From: Geotalea uraniireducens Rf4
Lineage (GTDB): Bacteria > Desulfobacterota > Desulfuromonadia > Geobacterales > Geobacteraceae
DNA length: 32,000 nt
Direction: 5' to 3'
Assembly (NCBI RefSeq): GCF_000016745.1
Contig: NC_009483.1
Location: forward strand, 3,900,001-3,932,000
Below are positions 25,354 through 32,000 of this stretch, piece by piece. Position numbers and translations under genes: made by a program. The notes under the pieces are model-generated. The model did no database searches, was not told where the DNA came from, and worked only from the letters and a program-made list of their open reading frames with translations. Positions within the stretch are counted from its first letter, which is position 1. Each line of letters opens with the position of its first letter.

Positions 25354-25953
25354 TTAATCCAGGTTTGGCAGGTTTTCGAGGATAGTACGGGTAATTATCT
25401 GTTTGTGTGAATAGAAGGAGGAAGAATCAGGCGCTATCAGACCTACCACGTAGTACTCCGCATCAATCGGAGGGGTAATGAAGCCGACAACCCGACATTT
25501 ATCGAAATCCAGATCGAGCCATAAAAGTTTACCTGCATCAGGGGCAACCCTTTCCAGTTGTTCCACCGAACAGATCAGCTCGGCGCCGGTACCTTCGAAG
25601 CCATGCCCGGGGATTCTCCCCCTGCTGGCGATGATAAATCCCTGCGAATCAGCTACGAACACGGCTTCGGCTCGTGTCAGGCTCATGCACCAGGCAATGC
25701 ACTCTTCCCAGCTGGGAAATTGCTGCTGGTGAGCCTCGCCCGTCGTCGCCAGGACTTCCGGCGGGGAACCAACGGGAACGGCCGGTGGCCGCGAAGCCAT
25801 GCGGGAGGGGAACTCCTTCGACAACCGCAGGTATTGCGGCGACGCATCCGGGATCGGATTCTCCCGGGTGGCGCCCGCGGCTGCTGGAAACAGGGAACTT
25901 AGGATCTGCTGCGCCTGTTTCAGATCATATGAGTTCGCGCTGCGGTCTTTCAT
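25354..25953 (-). CDS. Roadblock/LC7 (MglB-like) domain protein with Pro-rich N-terminal extension
   Basis: The C-terminal ~110 aa (AEAVFVADSQGFIIASRG...GTGAELICSVEQLERV...DFDKCRVVGFI...YYVVGLIAPDSS) fit the alpha-beta-alpha Roadblock pattern. Its start overlaps the ParA-like gene end by 29 nt. Confidence 0.6.
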   Translation of the reverse strand: MKDRSANSYDLKQAQQILSSLFPAAAGATRENPIPDASPQYLRLSKEFPSRMASRPPAVPVGSPPEVLATTGEAHQQQFPSWEECIAWCMSLTRAEAVFVADSQGFIIASRGRIPGHGFEGTGAELICSVEQLERVAPDAGKLLWLDLDFDKCRVVGFITPPIDAEYYVVGLIAPDSSSFYSHKQIITRTILENLPNLD

Positions 25954-26740
25954 CTGTTTCTCCTGTCACACCACCCAGACCCTGGATGATGTCTTTGATC
26001 TCGGTTACCAGCAACTCGAACCTGACGGCTTCCGGAGGGTATTTCCCCGGCAGGAAGGCTACGGGTAAGCCCTTCTCGCTGGCGACACCGAAGACGTCCG
26101 CTCGCGGAATGTAAGTTTCCAGAACCCCGCGCAAAGATCCCCAAACCGTATTCATGATGTTGAATGATACGTCCTTATTCAACTGAACCATGGTAGCCAG
26201 GATGCCCAACAACTCCAGATTCGGGTTCTCGTTCGCCTTTACGTGCATCAGTACCCGCAAGGTTTGCGAGATTGACCGCAGGGCCAGGGATTCCGCCTGT
26301 AGCGGGAGGAGGACGAAGTTGCTGACGGACAAGGCCGCCCTGGTGATCAGCCCCAAACCTGAGGGGGTGTCGATAATGATGTAGCGGAATTTTTTCTCCA
26401 CGGAGGCGATTACCTCGCTCAGTGTTGACGATGAATGGAGCAGGTCTTCATAGATGCCCACATCGAGCGGATCCAGACGCCCCCGCGGCAAGAGCGAAAG
26501 AGTCGGGAGTTTTGTCGGCATGACGACTTCGTCGATTGGCAGTTTATCCATCATGCATTCGGCAAGGCCCCTCCATTCGGTATCGCTCTGCCCAAGAGAA
26601 AAACCGATCGCACCGAGAGGGTCAACATCAATTAACAGGGTGTTATCCCCGCCTTCCGCCAATGCTACGGCGAGGTTCAACGCTACCGTGGTTTTGCCGG
26701 CTCCCCCCTTTGAACTGACAATGGAAAGAATATTTGCCAT
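25925..26740 (-). CDS. ParA/MinD-family P-loop ATPase
   Basis: Deviant Walker A SSKGGAGKTT, Walker A' LLIDVDPLG and Walker B IIIDTPSG. 271 aa. Confidence 0.85.
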   Translation of the reverse strand: MANILSIVSSKGGAGKTTVALNLAVALAEGGDNTLLIDVDPLGAIGFSLGQSDTEWRGLAECMMDKLPIDEVVMPTKLPTLSLLPRGRLDPLDVGIYEDLLHSSSTLSEVIASVEKKFRYIIIDTPSGLGLITRAALSVSNFVLLPLQAESLALRSISQTLRVLMHVKANENPNLELLGILATMVQLNKDVSFNIMNTVWGSLRGVLETYIPRADVFGVASEKGLPVAFLPGKYPPEAVRFELLVTEIKDIIQGLGGVTGETDERPQRELI

Positions 26741-26785
26741 ATCGTTTTCTCCGATCTCGTTATCCTGTAAATACAGTTCATCCGC

Positions 26786-27367
26786 TTATTTTCTGGTCAC
26801 GACAAATTCGCCGTGCGGATCGCCGGCCTCGATCCCTTTGGTCTGATGGCAGACAAAGGTATTCATCCCGTCGGGATACGGGTCGGCATACGTCAAGTCG
26901 AAGAATGCCTGACATAGACCTCGGAGCATGTATGCGCGCAATCCTTCTCCGCCGCTGTCGGCCTCATAATAATCATTGGCGCGGATGACCATCCGCTCAC
27001 CCTCTTTGAGCTGCACAATTCCCGATTTAGCCCATCCCCAGGCGGTGAAGGCCGCAAACGCTCCCCGCAGAATATCCTTCTCCCCTTCCGTTACCATCGG
27101 AAGGACCACATCGTTAAAGACATCGGACGTTATGATGCCGCATCCGGTATGGTATCCGCATTCGTAGGCCGCCCTGACAAGTCCGTCCGCAACCTTTGAT
27201 TTTTTATCAGGCGGCGCCGCAGCCATGATCCTTTCGGAGAATGTATTTAACAAGGAGGCGGGAAGCAGGTTTACCAGAACATCATATTCCGGTATCAATC
27301 CGTTTTCATCTCCCTGAATATTGATTTTGGCAAGGGACTTTACGACAGTATCGCGCATGACGGTCAT
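26786..27367 (-). CDS. V4R (4-vinyl reductase-like) small-molecule-binding domain protein, paralogue 1
   Basis: The C-terminal GWAKSGIVQLKEGERMVIRANDYYEA...LRGLCQAFFDL...FVCHQTKGIEAGDPHGEFVV follows the COG1719 hydrocarbon-binding-protein pattern. Confidence 0.6.
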   Translation of the reverse strand: MTVMRDTVVKSLAKINIQGDENGLIPEYDVLVNLLPASLLNTFSERIMAAAPPDKKSKVADGLVRAAYECGYHTGCGIITSDVFNDVVLPMVTEGEKDILRGAFAAFTAWGWAKSGIVQLKEGERMVIRANDYYEADSGGEGLRAYMLRGLCQAFFDLTYADPYPDGMNTFVCHQTKGIEAGDPHGEFVVTRK

Positions 27368-27385
27368 TGCATTGCTCCTTCTGTT

Positions 27386-27901
27386 TCAAGATAACGTAAC
27401 GATAAATGTACCTTCAGTTCCATTGACGGCCATACTTTCCGCTTCGGTTACCCTATAGCTTTTTGCCGGTTTATCGAACGCAACCGCGAACATGGCGGCA
27501 ATGTAACCACAGGTGAAGTGATTTACCGGTTTGGTATGGTGGCCCCATTTTTTTATCCAGCCTTCATCGATATGCGACCGTATCAGACACACCTCGCCAC
27601 CGCTCTCGGTGCCGGCCACTTTCATTTTCCCCAGGCCGTAGACGGAATAATACTCCCTCCCGACGTTGCATCTTTGCAGTGGAGAAGTCTGCCCGTTCTT
27701 CTGTACGTAGTCATTCAAAACCGCCCACATGCTCTCTTCCACGACATCCTTGAGCAACTGGGGCCCCCCGATGTCGCTCAACTCTTCTGCCAGTTTCGTA
27801 ATCAACGCCAGATAGTGATGGGAATGCATCACCACCGCATGCCCGTTTAAATAGTGGCGGAAGGTTTCATTATCTAAACTAAAGTCCAATTTCAGTGACA
27901 T
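27386..27901 (-). CDS. V4R domain protein, paralogue 2
   Basis: GLGKMKVAGTESGGEVCLIRSHIDE...KPVNHFTCGYIAAMFAVAF...VTEAESMAVNGTEGTFIV matches the V4R pattern GLGK.E...G...V..S.E....KPVCHF..GY..G.....V.E..C...G...C.F.V. The start is at MSLKLD (ATG 27901). Confidence 0.65.
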   Translation of the reverse strand: MSLKLDFSLDNETFRHYLNGHAVVMHSHHYLALITKLAEELSDIGGPQLLKDVVEESMWAVLNDYVQKNGQTSPLQRCNVGREYYSVYGLGKMKVAGTESGGEVCLIRSHIDEGWIKKWGHHTKPVNHFTCGYIAAMFAVAFDKPAKSYRVTEAESMAVNGTEGTFIVTLS

Positions 27902-27991
27902 TAACCGCGACCCCCTAGCCCTGATAAACACGATAAGTGCGTTAACGAAGTTATTTCCTGCAAAAAAACGCAGAAAATATCTTCTAACTTA

Positions 27992-28789
27992 CTAAAATAA
28001 TAGGACAAGCTCTTCAAAATACTTTTTGGTTTTGTGCCTGATGATGCCGAGTTTCGATGCGTCAGGGGCAATAACTGCCGCAATGGCGTCACCGACAGGC
28101 CTGCACATGATTACCGCCTTCCCGTATTCGATAAACATGTCCTGAAAAAGGTTTACCTTTAACTCACTCCCCATTTCCTCTGTAGCGTTAATCGCATGGG
28201 CCAGGGATGCTCCCAGTTCATCTATGTTAACCCTGCTGCTGTTGCCGGCGGACTCAATAACGAATCCGTCCCTCCCGATCACTACAACCGCGTCTATTCC
28301 CGGAATCATCAATAAATCATTCAACACCGTAGTTGAATCACGTTGATTTGTTTCCATTTCAGTGCTCCTTTCTCCTGGTTTGACATCGATAGTTGTGTTT
28401 GTTTTTGCATTATTTTCAACATTCGTGATTCGCTGATCGTGCAATACAGCAGCCTCGATGATGGCATGCTGTACCGAAAGGCCGATGTTTTTTTCAAATG
28501 CAGTAACATCCGGATTAAATTGAAACTCACCGTGATCCCAGTTCAAAATATCGGCAAGGCCCTCCAGTCCCGAATAAGTATCCGTGGTGACGTTAACGAG
28601 CGCTCCGGCCAGAAAAAAGATCTTGCCCTCGACCCCTTCAGGATGCTTGGTCAAATGGATCATTCCGCTCTTGTAGCTTGCGGCCAGAAACTGGACAAGG
28701 TCCGTAATGTTCGTCAGGGAAAGGCTTCCCTTCAAAAAAGGATTAATGTCGGTAATACGTAAGCGTTCTGAACCGTTAGACATGGGCAT
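27992..28789 (-). CDS. PATAN/DUF4388 N-domain fused to a Roadblock/LC7 C-domain
   Basis: The N-terminal LKGSLSLTNITDLVQFLAASYKSGMIHLT...GKIFFLAGALVNV...GLEGLADILNWDHGEFQF is the DUF4388 signature. The C-terminal GIDAVVVIGRDGFVIESAG...LGASLAHAINATEEMG...IEYGKAVIMCRPVGDAIAAVIAPDASKLG is the Roadblock pattern. Confidence 0.7.
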   Translation of the reverse strand: MPMSNGSERLRITDINPFLKGSLSLTNITDLVQFLAASYKSGMIHLTKHPEGVEGKIFFLAGALVNVTTDTYSGLEGLADILNWDHGEFQFNPDVTAFEKNIGLSVQHAIIEAAVLHDQRITNVENNAKTNTTIDVKPGERSTEMETNQRDSTTVLNDLLMIPGIDAVVVIGRDGFVIESAGNSSRVNIDELGASLAHAINATEEMGSELKVNLFQDMFIEYGKAVIMCRPVGDAIAAVIAPDASKLGIIRHKTKKYFEELVLLF

Positions 28790-28831
28790 CCTCCATGGTC
28801 TGTTTATGTCATTGAACGATCATTGCATTTC

Positions 28832-30226
28832 TTACCTGAAAACAAGCATTGTGGCTGTCTGGTTTATATGACCGATGTATTGCTCTCCGTATGTACTGAA
28901 TCCAATAGTTGGGATACGAGAGAACAGTTCTCCATACTCCCTGGTCAAATTCTTCTGTTTCAGTTCCAGCGTCCTCAGGATGCAATTGAAATTGATAATG
29001 CCGTAGATTCTTCCGGACTCTTCCCTGGACTGGTTGATTGCATTGCGGGTATCCTCGATGATGTCGGCAGATTCGAGCAGGGACAGTTCCATCCCTTCCC
29101 GAACGCCACAATAAAATGCCATGGTGCCGTTATCTTTAATCTGCTGAGGACTCCTGACATAGGGCTCATCGTCTATCAACAGACCTACCGGATTGTGCAT
29201 GAAGTGATTCGAAGCATCCGCGACCGAGGTATTAACCGCTTCGGCATAAGCCGCTGCCGCGGGTTTGCCGTTAAATTCCATGACCACCCGACTCGCTTCA
29301 TCGGCCTTTGTGACCTCAAGACATTTGCCCAGATCACGGAAACTCTGGGTCTTGACAAAGGTAAAATCCGTCCCGGGCTTGAGTAACGCCAGTATTGCCG
29401 CGTTGGTGTAAGTTTTCCCGTTTGCATACAGATGGGTGGAGTTGAACTTCAAATCATCGCCGGCAGACCCGCCTATGAAAACGACATTTGTCAGATCGCC
29501 GATGGTTTCGATCAAGCCCTCCTCGGCGCCGCTTAATCCATCAACCAGCATGATTCCCACATACTCCCGCGACGCCATATCGGCAACAGATTCCCCGAAG
29601 TGGCCGGCAAAAGAATCAAAGGCCTTTTTCACTCCCGCTTGATCCTTTAGATCTTCAATAATCTCGATTTTTGCGTCCAAAAGAGAATCGTCATTGAACC
29701 CCATGACGACAACAGAGTCGTCCAGCATCCTGCCGCTCACAATCTCGCCGGCGGTCGAACAGCCGAAAACCAAAGCAGACGGGAAGGCCTCCTGCATTTT
29801 TCGACTGATTTCGTCAGGGGCAAATCTTGAAGATGCGAAGAACAGCAGAAGCTTCGTGTCGAAAAGAACCAGTTGGTCGCCGATATCTTTAGTAATTTCA
29901 TCAATAGTGTTTTTCGTTGAATGTGCTGTAATAATATCCATTCCATGGATCTTTTTTGCCGGATTGCCCATGGTTGACGTATCATTGCCGTCGCAATGCG
30001 CGCCGATTTCAGGAGATGAGGCTTCCCGGCAGAGATAACCGAGTTCCATCGACATGCCTTCAAGTTGCTGCAACACAGCCGGGTCATCGTCGGATTGAGA
30101 TGTGAACTTGCTTGGGTTAATGCCTTTAAGAATCATTTTAGTTTTGATGATTTTCTCCAGCATTGGGTTGCCGGCAGCCCTCTGCCTGAGAACAAAATCG
30201 ATCATCTCTCTAATTTTGCCCGCCAT
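28832..30226 (-). CDS. FIST (FIST_N and FIST_C) sensory-domain protein with ~90-aa N-terminal extension
   Basis: FASSRF..., ALVFGCSTAGEI, VFIGGSAGD and the C-terminal IGFSTYGEQY.GHINQTATMLVF are FIST hallmarks. No output domain is recognisable. Confidence 0.75.
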   Translation of the reverse strand: MAGKIREMIDFVLRQRAAGNPMLEKIIKTKMILKGINPSKFTSQSDDDPAVLQQLEGMSMELGYLCREASSPEIGAHCDGNDTSTMGNPAKKIHGMDIITAHSTKNTIDEITKDIGDQLVLFDTKLLLFFASSRFAPDEISRKMQEAFPSALVFGCSTAGEIVSGRMLDDSVVVMGFNDDSLLDAKIEIIEDLKDQAGVKKAFDSFAGHFGESVADMASREYVGIMLVDGLSGAEEGLIETIGDLTNVVFIGGSAGDDLKFNSTHLYANGKTYTNAAILALLKPGTDFTFVKTQSFRDLGKCLEVTKADEASRVVMEFNGKPAAAAYAEAVNTSVADASNHFMHNPVGLLIDDEPYVRSPQQIKDNGTMAFYCGVREGMELSLLESADIIEDTRNAINQSREESGRIYGIINFNCILRTLELKQKNLTREYGELFSRIPTIGFSTYGEQYIGHINQTATMLVFR

Positions 30227-30387
30227 AATTTCCCCTCTTTAATTCATGTCGTTAAACACAAAAATTTTCATCACCAATCAATGAAATCCATGAAAATCAA
30301 ACTTCATTCGCTAATATCGATGCATGCGCAAAATCTTTTCTGTTAGCAATTTCAGTCTGGTGCGCCGACCGCTTTCAGAATATTTAT

Positions 30388-30403
30388 TGCAACTTGAATA
30401 CCA
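30388..30403 (-). promoter_or_regulatory. Candidate sigma-54 (-24/-12) promoter of the FIST operon
   Basis: The minus strand reads TGGTAT-TCAAG-TTGCA, with exact GG-N10-GC spacing against the consensus TGGCAC-N5-TTGCW. It lies about 160 nt upstream of ATG 30226 in an AT-rich region. Confidence 0.4.
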
Positions 30404-30497
30404 TAAATAAAACAATGTTTTTAAAGATAAGGCCGCGCCAATAAAACTCCCTGCGGAATTGTAACTGCACGTAAAATCGGATTTTTTAAACAAATAA

Positions 30498-30536
30498 TGC
30501 ACCAGCGCACAAAATCGAAAGAGCGCAACAGGTGCA
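30498..30536. promoter_or_regulatory. Inverted repeat positioned like an enhancer (UAS) for a bacterial enhancer-binding protein
   Basis: TGCACCAGCGC...GCGCaacaGGTGCA lies about 100-140 nt upstream of the candidate -24/-12 element, with an AT-rich tract between them. Confidence 0.3.
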
Positions 30537-30614
30537 GAGAAAGGCTACAACGCGGAGATTGTCCCCACCGCACCTTGTGGATTTTGCGTAAGGTGAAGCA
30601 TGGAATAAGGGCAA

Positions 30615-30656
30615 AAGAAAAACCGCCGTCCCCTTGCGGGAGCGGCGGTTTTTTAG
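30615..30656. terminator. Bidirectional rho-independent terminator
   Basis: CCGCCGTCCC / GGGAGCGGCGG form a stem of about 10 bp with one bulge. It is flanked by AAAAGAAAAA on the left and TTTTTT on the right, directly after the stop of the 114-aa minus-strand gene. Confidence 0.75.
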
Positions 30657-30658
30657 CA

Positions 30659-31003
30659 TCAGGGGAGGACCAGATACCATTGTCCTCCATCTCGAACGAG
30701 ACGTCGCATGATGGTCCAGTCAGTCCGCGGCTGCTCCATGACAAAATCCCACTGTAGCTGATGCGTCGGCTGAACGGGGCAATTTCCTGTCGGAAAATCG
30801 GTTGGCAACCTGGTTACTTTCGTGCGATAGGTGCTCGGAACGGTTCGTTTCAGTTCATTTTTCAACCAGAAATTGAACGCTGGATTGTTTACGTTGCGCA
30901 CTGCAAGACAATCGGGATGGACCAAGCGTTCCAGGGCGCTCGGGTCCCCAGTTTCTGACCAGAAGCACCAATCTTGCGCCGAAGGTCCGCTATTGAGCAC
31001 CAT
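30659..31003 (-). CDS. Hypothetical protein (114 aa; possibly NTF2/SnoaL-like fold)
   Basis: The start is taken at the ATG at 31003 (MVLNSGPSAQDW...), which overlaps the end of the upstream reading frame by 14 nt. The ending ...RLVRDGGQWYLVLP is reminiscent of NTF2-like proteins. The functional call is weak. Confidence 0.5.
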   Translation of the reverse strand: MVLNSGPSAQDWCFWSETGDPSALERLVHPDCLAVRNVNNPAFNFWLKNELKRTVPSTYRTKVTRLPTDFPTGNCPVQPTHQLQWDFVMEQPRTDWTIMRRLVRDGGQWYLVLP

Positions 31004-31459
31004 TTCCCTTTTGCTGCATGTCGCAGATCGGTGCGAACTGCTCAAGGTCGATCACCTCGGCTGGTCGTGAACTGCGTGCAAATGCCGGATCCGCGTCGGC
31101 AGGGTCGGCGTCTGACGCCTTCAGAAACGCCACCAGCATCTGATGCCGGGCGGGAAATTCCTCGATCTTGGCGATATAACGGTATCCGCACGAGCCTGAG
31201 CCATCGTGCGCAGGCTGCAGAGCAGAAAAAACGATGATCCTACCGACGAGCCGATCCTGTTGATCTTGATGTCAACCACCGAAGAGGCGGGACGGCGCTC
31301 GACTTCCTGCAGAATGATATCCATGCCTGTACCGCCCGGCTTTAATGATGTGGCACGGAACAGTTCCCCGTGAGCCGGCGAGGTGAAAAGGAGCAAGGCA
31401 GCGGAGTACAGGGCTGTGACACTGTTTATTCGTACGTGCGAGTTGAGATTATCTTTCAT
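30990..31459 (-). pseudogene. Secreted-protein gene disrupted by a 1-nt frame change at a T6 run (or a sequencing error, or recoding)
   Basis: The 5' part (from ATG 31459) encodes a signal peptide (VTALYSAALLLFTSPAHG) and good coding sequence up to the T6 run (plus-strand A6 at 31226-31231). After the run, the -1 frame reads SALQPAHDGSGSCGYRYIAKIEEFPARHQMLVAFLKASDADPADADPAFARSSRPAEVIDLEQFAPICDMQQKGNGAQ*, with GC3-rich codons down to TAG 30990-30992. The original frame turns to rare codons (AGA, AGG, ATA) and stops at 31121. Confidence 0.5.
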
Positions 31460-31593
31460 CTGTTAAACTCCATTTTCATCGCATGGATTATGCAGAGGTT
31501 TGTTTCCTGCTCTTGAATCTGTTGTACAACACCGGAATCAGCGCAAACACCGTAGTATTCCTTGACCTGCTCTGTAATAACTTTTTGAGTCAC
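31456..31593 (-). CDS. Small ORF (45 aa), translationally coupled to the downstream gene
   Basis: GTG 31593 is preceded by GGGAGGA at 7-nt spacing. It encodes MTQKVITEQVKEYYGVCADSGVVQQIQEQETNLCIIHAMKMEFNR. Its TGA overlaps the next ATG (ATGA at 31456-31459). It falls below the ORF-track length cutoff. Confidence 0.35.
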   Translation of the reverse strand: MTQKVITEQVKEYYGVCADSGVVQQIQEQETNLCIIHAMKMEFNR

Positions 31594-31719
31594 TTGACTT
31601 TCCTCCCTATGTGTATTTCAGCGTACATTTTTTGAGTCATTGGTATTCCAGTCGTAATCCAGATAGTCGAGCCGCAATCCTCTATTCACGTTGCAGAGTG
31701 TAACGCTTCTGTTCATCGA

Positions 31720-32000
31720 TCACTTTGATGGGAGGGTGAGCGCGAACTTCTTTCCGAGGAGGAGCCAGCAACTCATATCTTCCTCCCTTTTCCAGCCACC
31801 TTCTTCCACCATAAGCCACCCCTTCATCGGCTTCCCGGTGATGTCCATGGGCCTGACGTGCTTCTCCTTCAGCTTTTCCCCGGCCGCATCGGGGCCGCAC
31901 CTTACGATGAGGTAGTCCCTGTAGATCCCGAAGCACATATTGCCATTGAGCAGATAACATATCCCGCCGAACATCCTCTTCTTCTCGACGTTTTCCCACT
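31720..32000 (-). CDS. TfoX N-terminal-domain protein, partial (start outside the window)
   Basis: ...VEKKRMFGGICYLLNGNMCFGIYRDYLIVRCGP...HVRPMDITGKPMKGWLMV matches the TfoX_N pattern (KKMFGG...NGNM..G......L.VR....). The frame stays open to base 32000. Confidence 0.7.
   Translation of the reverse strand, partial: WENVEKKRMFGGICYLLNGNMCFGIYRDYLIVRCGPDAAGEKLKEKHVRPMDITGKPMKGWLMVEEGGWKREEDMSCWLLLGKKFALTLPSK

Noticed and set aside
25189-25410. 73-aa + strand ORF between the DoxX gene and the Roadblock gene.
   Set aside because: There is no properly spaced RBS (GGGAA abuts the ATG). Its 3' end overlaps the Roadblock gene on the other strand, and it has no recognisable motif. It could be a real small protein, but the sequence alone does not support it.
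30420-30656. Possible riboswitch or small RNA (for example a c-di-GMP GEMM-type element, common in Geobacter) ending at the 30615-30656 terminator on the + strand.
   Set aside because: I could not find the GEMM-I conserved blocks (GGCAAACC / ACGCAAAGC-type) or any other motif I recognise. The terminator is fully explained as the end of the minus-strand 114-aa gene. An orphan + strand sRNA cannot be excluded without RNA-seq.
31052-31123. In-frame TGA at 31121-31123 joining ORFs 31121..31459 and 30659..31045, considered as a possible selenocysteine codon.
   Set aside because: A second in-frame TGA follows at 31052-31054. The intervening translation (RRQTPTLPTRIRHLHAVHDQPR) looks non-coding. 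A different frame carries the real coding signal across this stretch, so a frame change explains it better than recoding of TGA.
31682-31999. 105-aa minus-strand ORF overlapping the TfoX-like frame.
   Set aside because: The alternative frame (31720..32000) gives an unmistakable TfoX_N pattern, whereas this frame gives an Arg/Glu-rich string with no motif.

Overview
This is a chromosomal segment of a fairly GC-rich genome. Gene content and the many short GC-rich palindromic repeat families look Geobacter-like (Desulfuromonadota), but that is inference only. I saw no rRNA, tRNA or CRISPR array. From start to end the window holds: (1) the 3' end of an Ig-repeat surface protein; (2) a mobile-DNA hotspot at 816-3121 with an IS3-family element next to a three-layer nested palindromic/MITE composite; (3) fxsA, a beta-carbonic anhydrase and a mop-modA-modB-modC molybdate uptake locus with two ModE-type operator-like boxes and repeat insertions in its leader and modB-modA spacer; (4) a SlyD-like FKBP facing an operon for a cytoplasmic binding-protein-like protein, a HypB/UreG-like G3E GTPase and a permease-less ABC ATPase, preceded by an OprP-like porin; (5) a spermidine-synthase-like polytopic membrane protein, pcm and an EndoIII-like protein; (6) a LuxR regulator divergent from a large lipoprotein; (7) an NtrC-type sigma-54 activator, an AEC transporter and a DoxX protein; (8) a six-gene minus-strand operon (25354-30226) encoding FIST sensor, PATAN/DUF4388-Roadblock, V4R, V4R, ParA/MinD ATPase and Roadblock, behind a candidate sigma-54 promoter; (9) a small terminal operon with a frame-disrupted secreted-protein gene and a partial TfoX-N gene. 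The six-gene operon is my best candidate for an undescribed system: a nucleotide-switch signalling module built on a ParA-type ATPase rather than a small GTPase. The metallochaperone-like trio and a 219-bp structured MITE with two near-identical copies are secondary candidates. All domain calls come from reading motifs in the translated ORFs. No searches were run.
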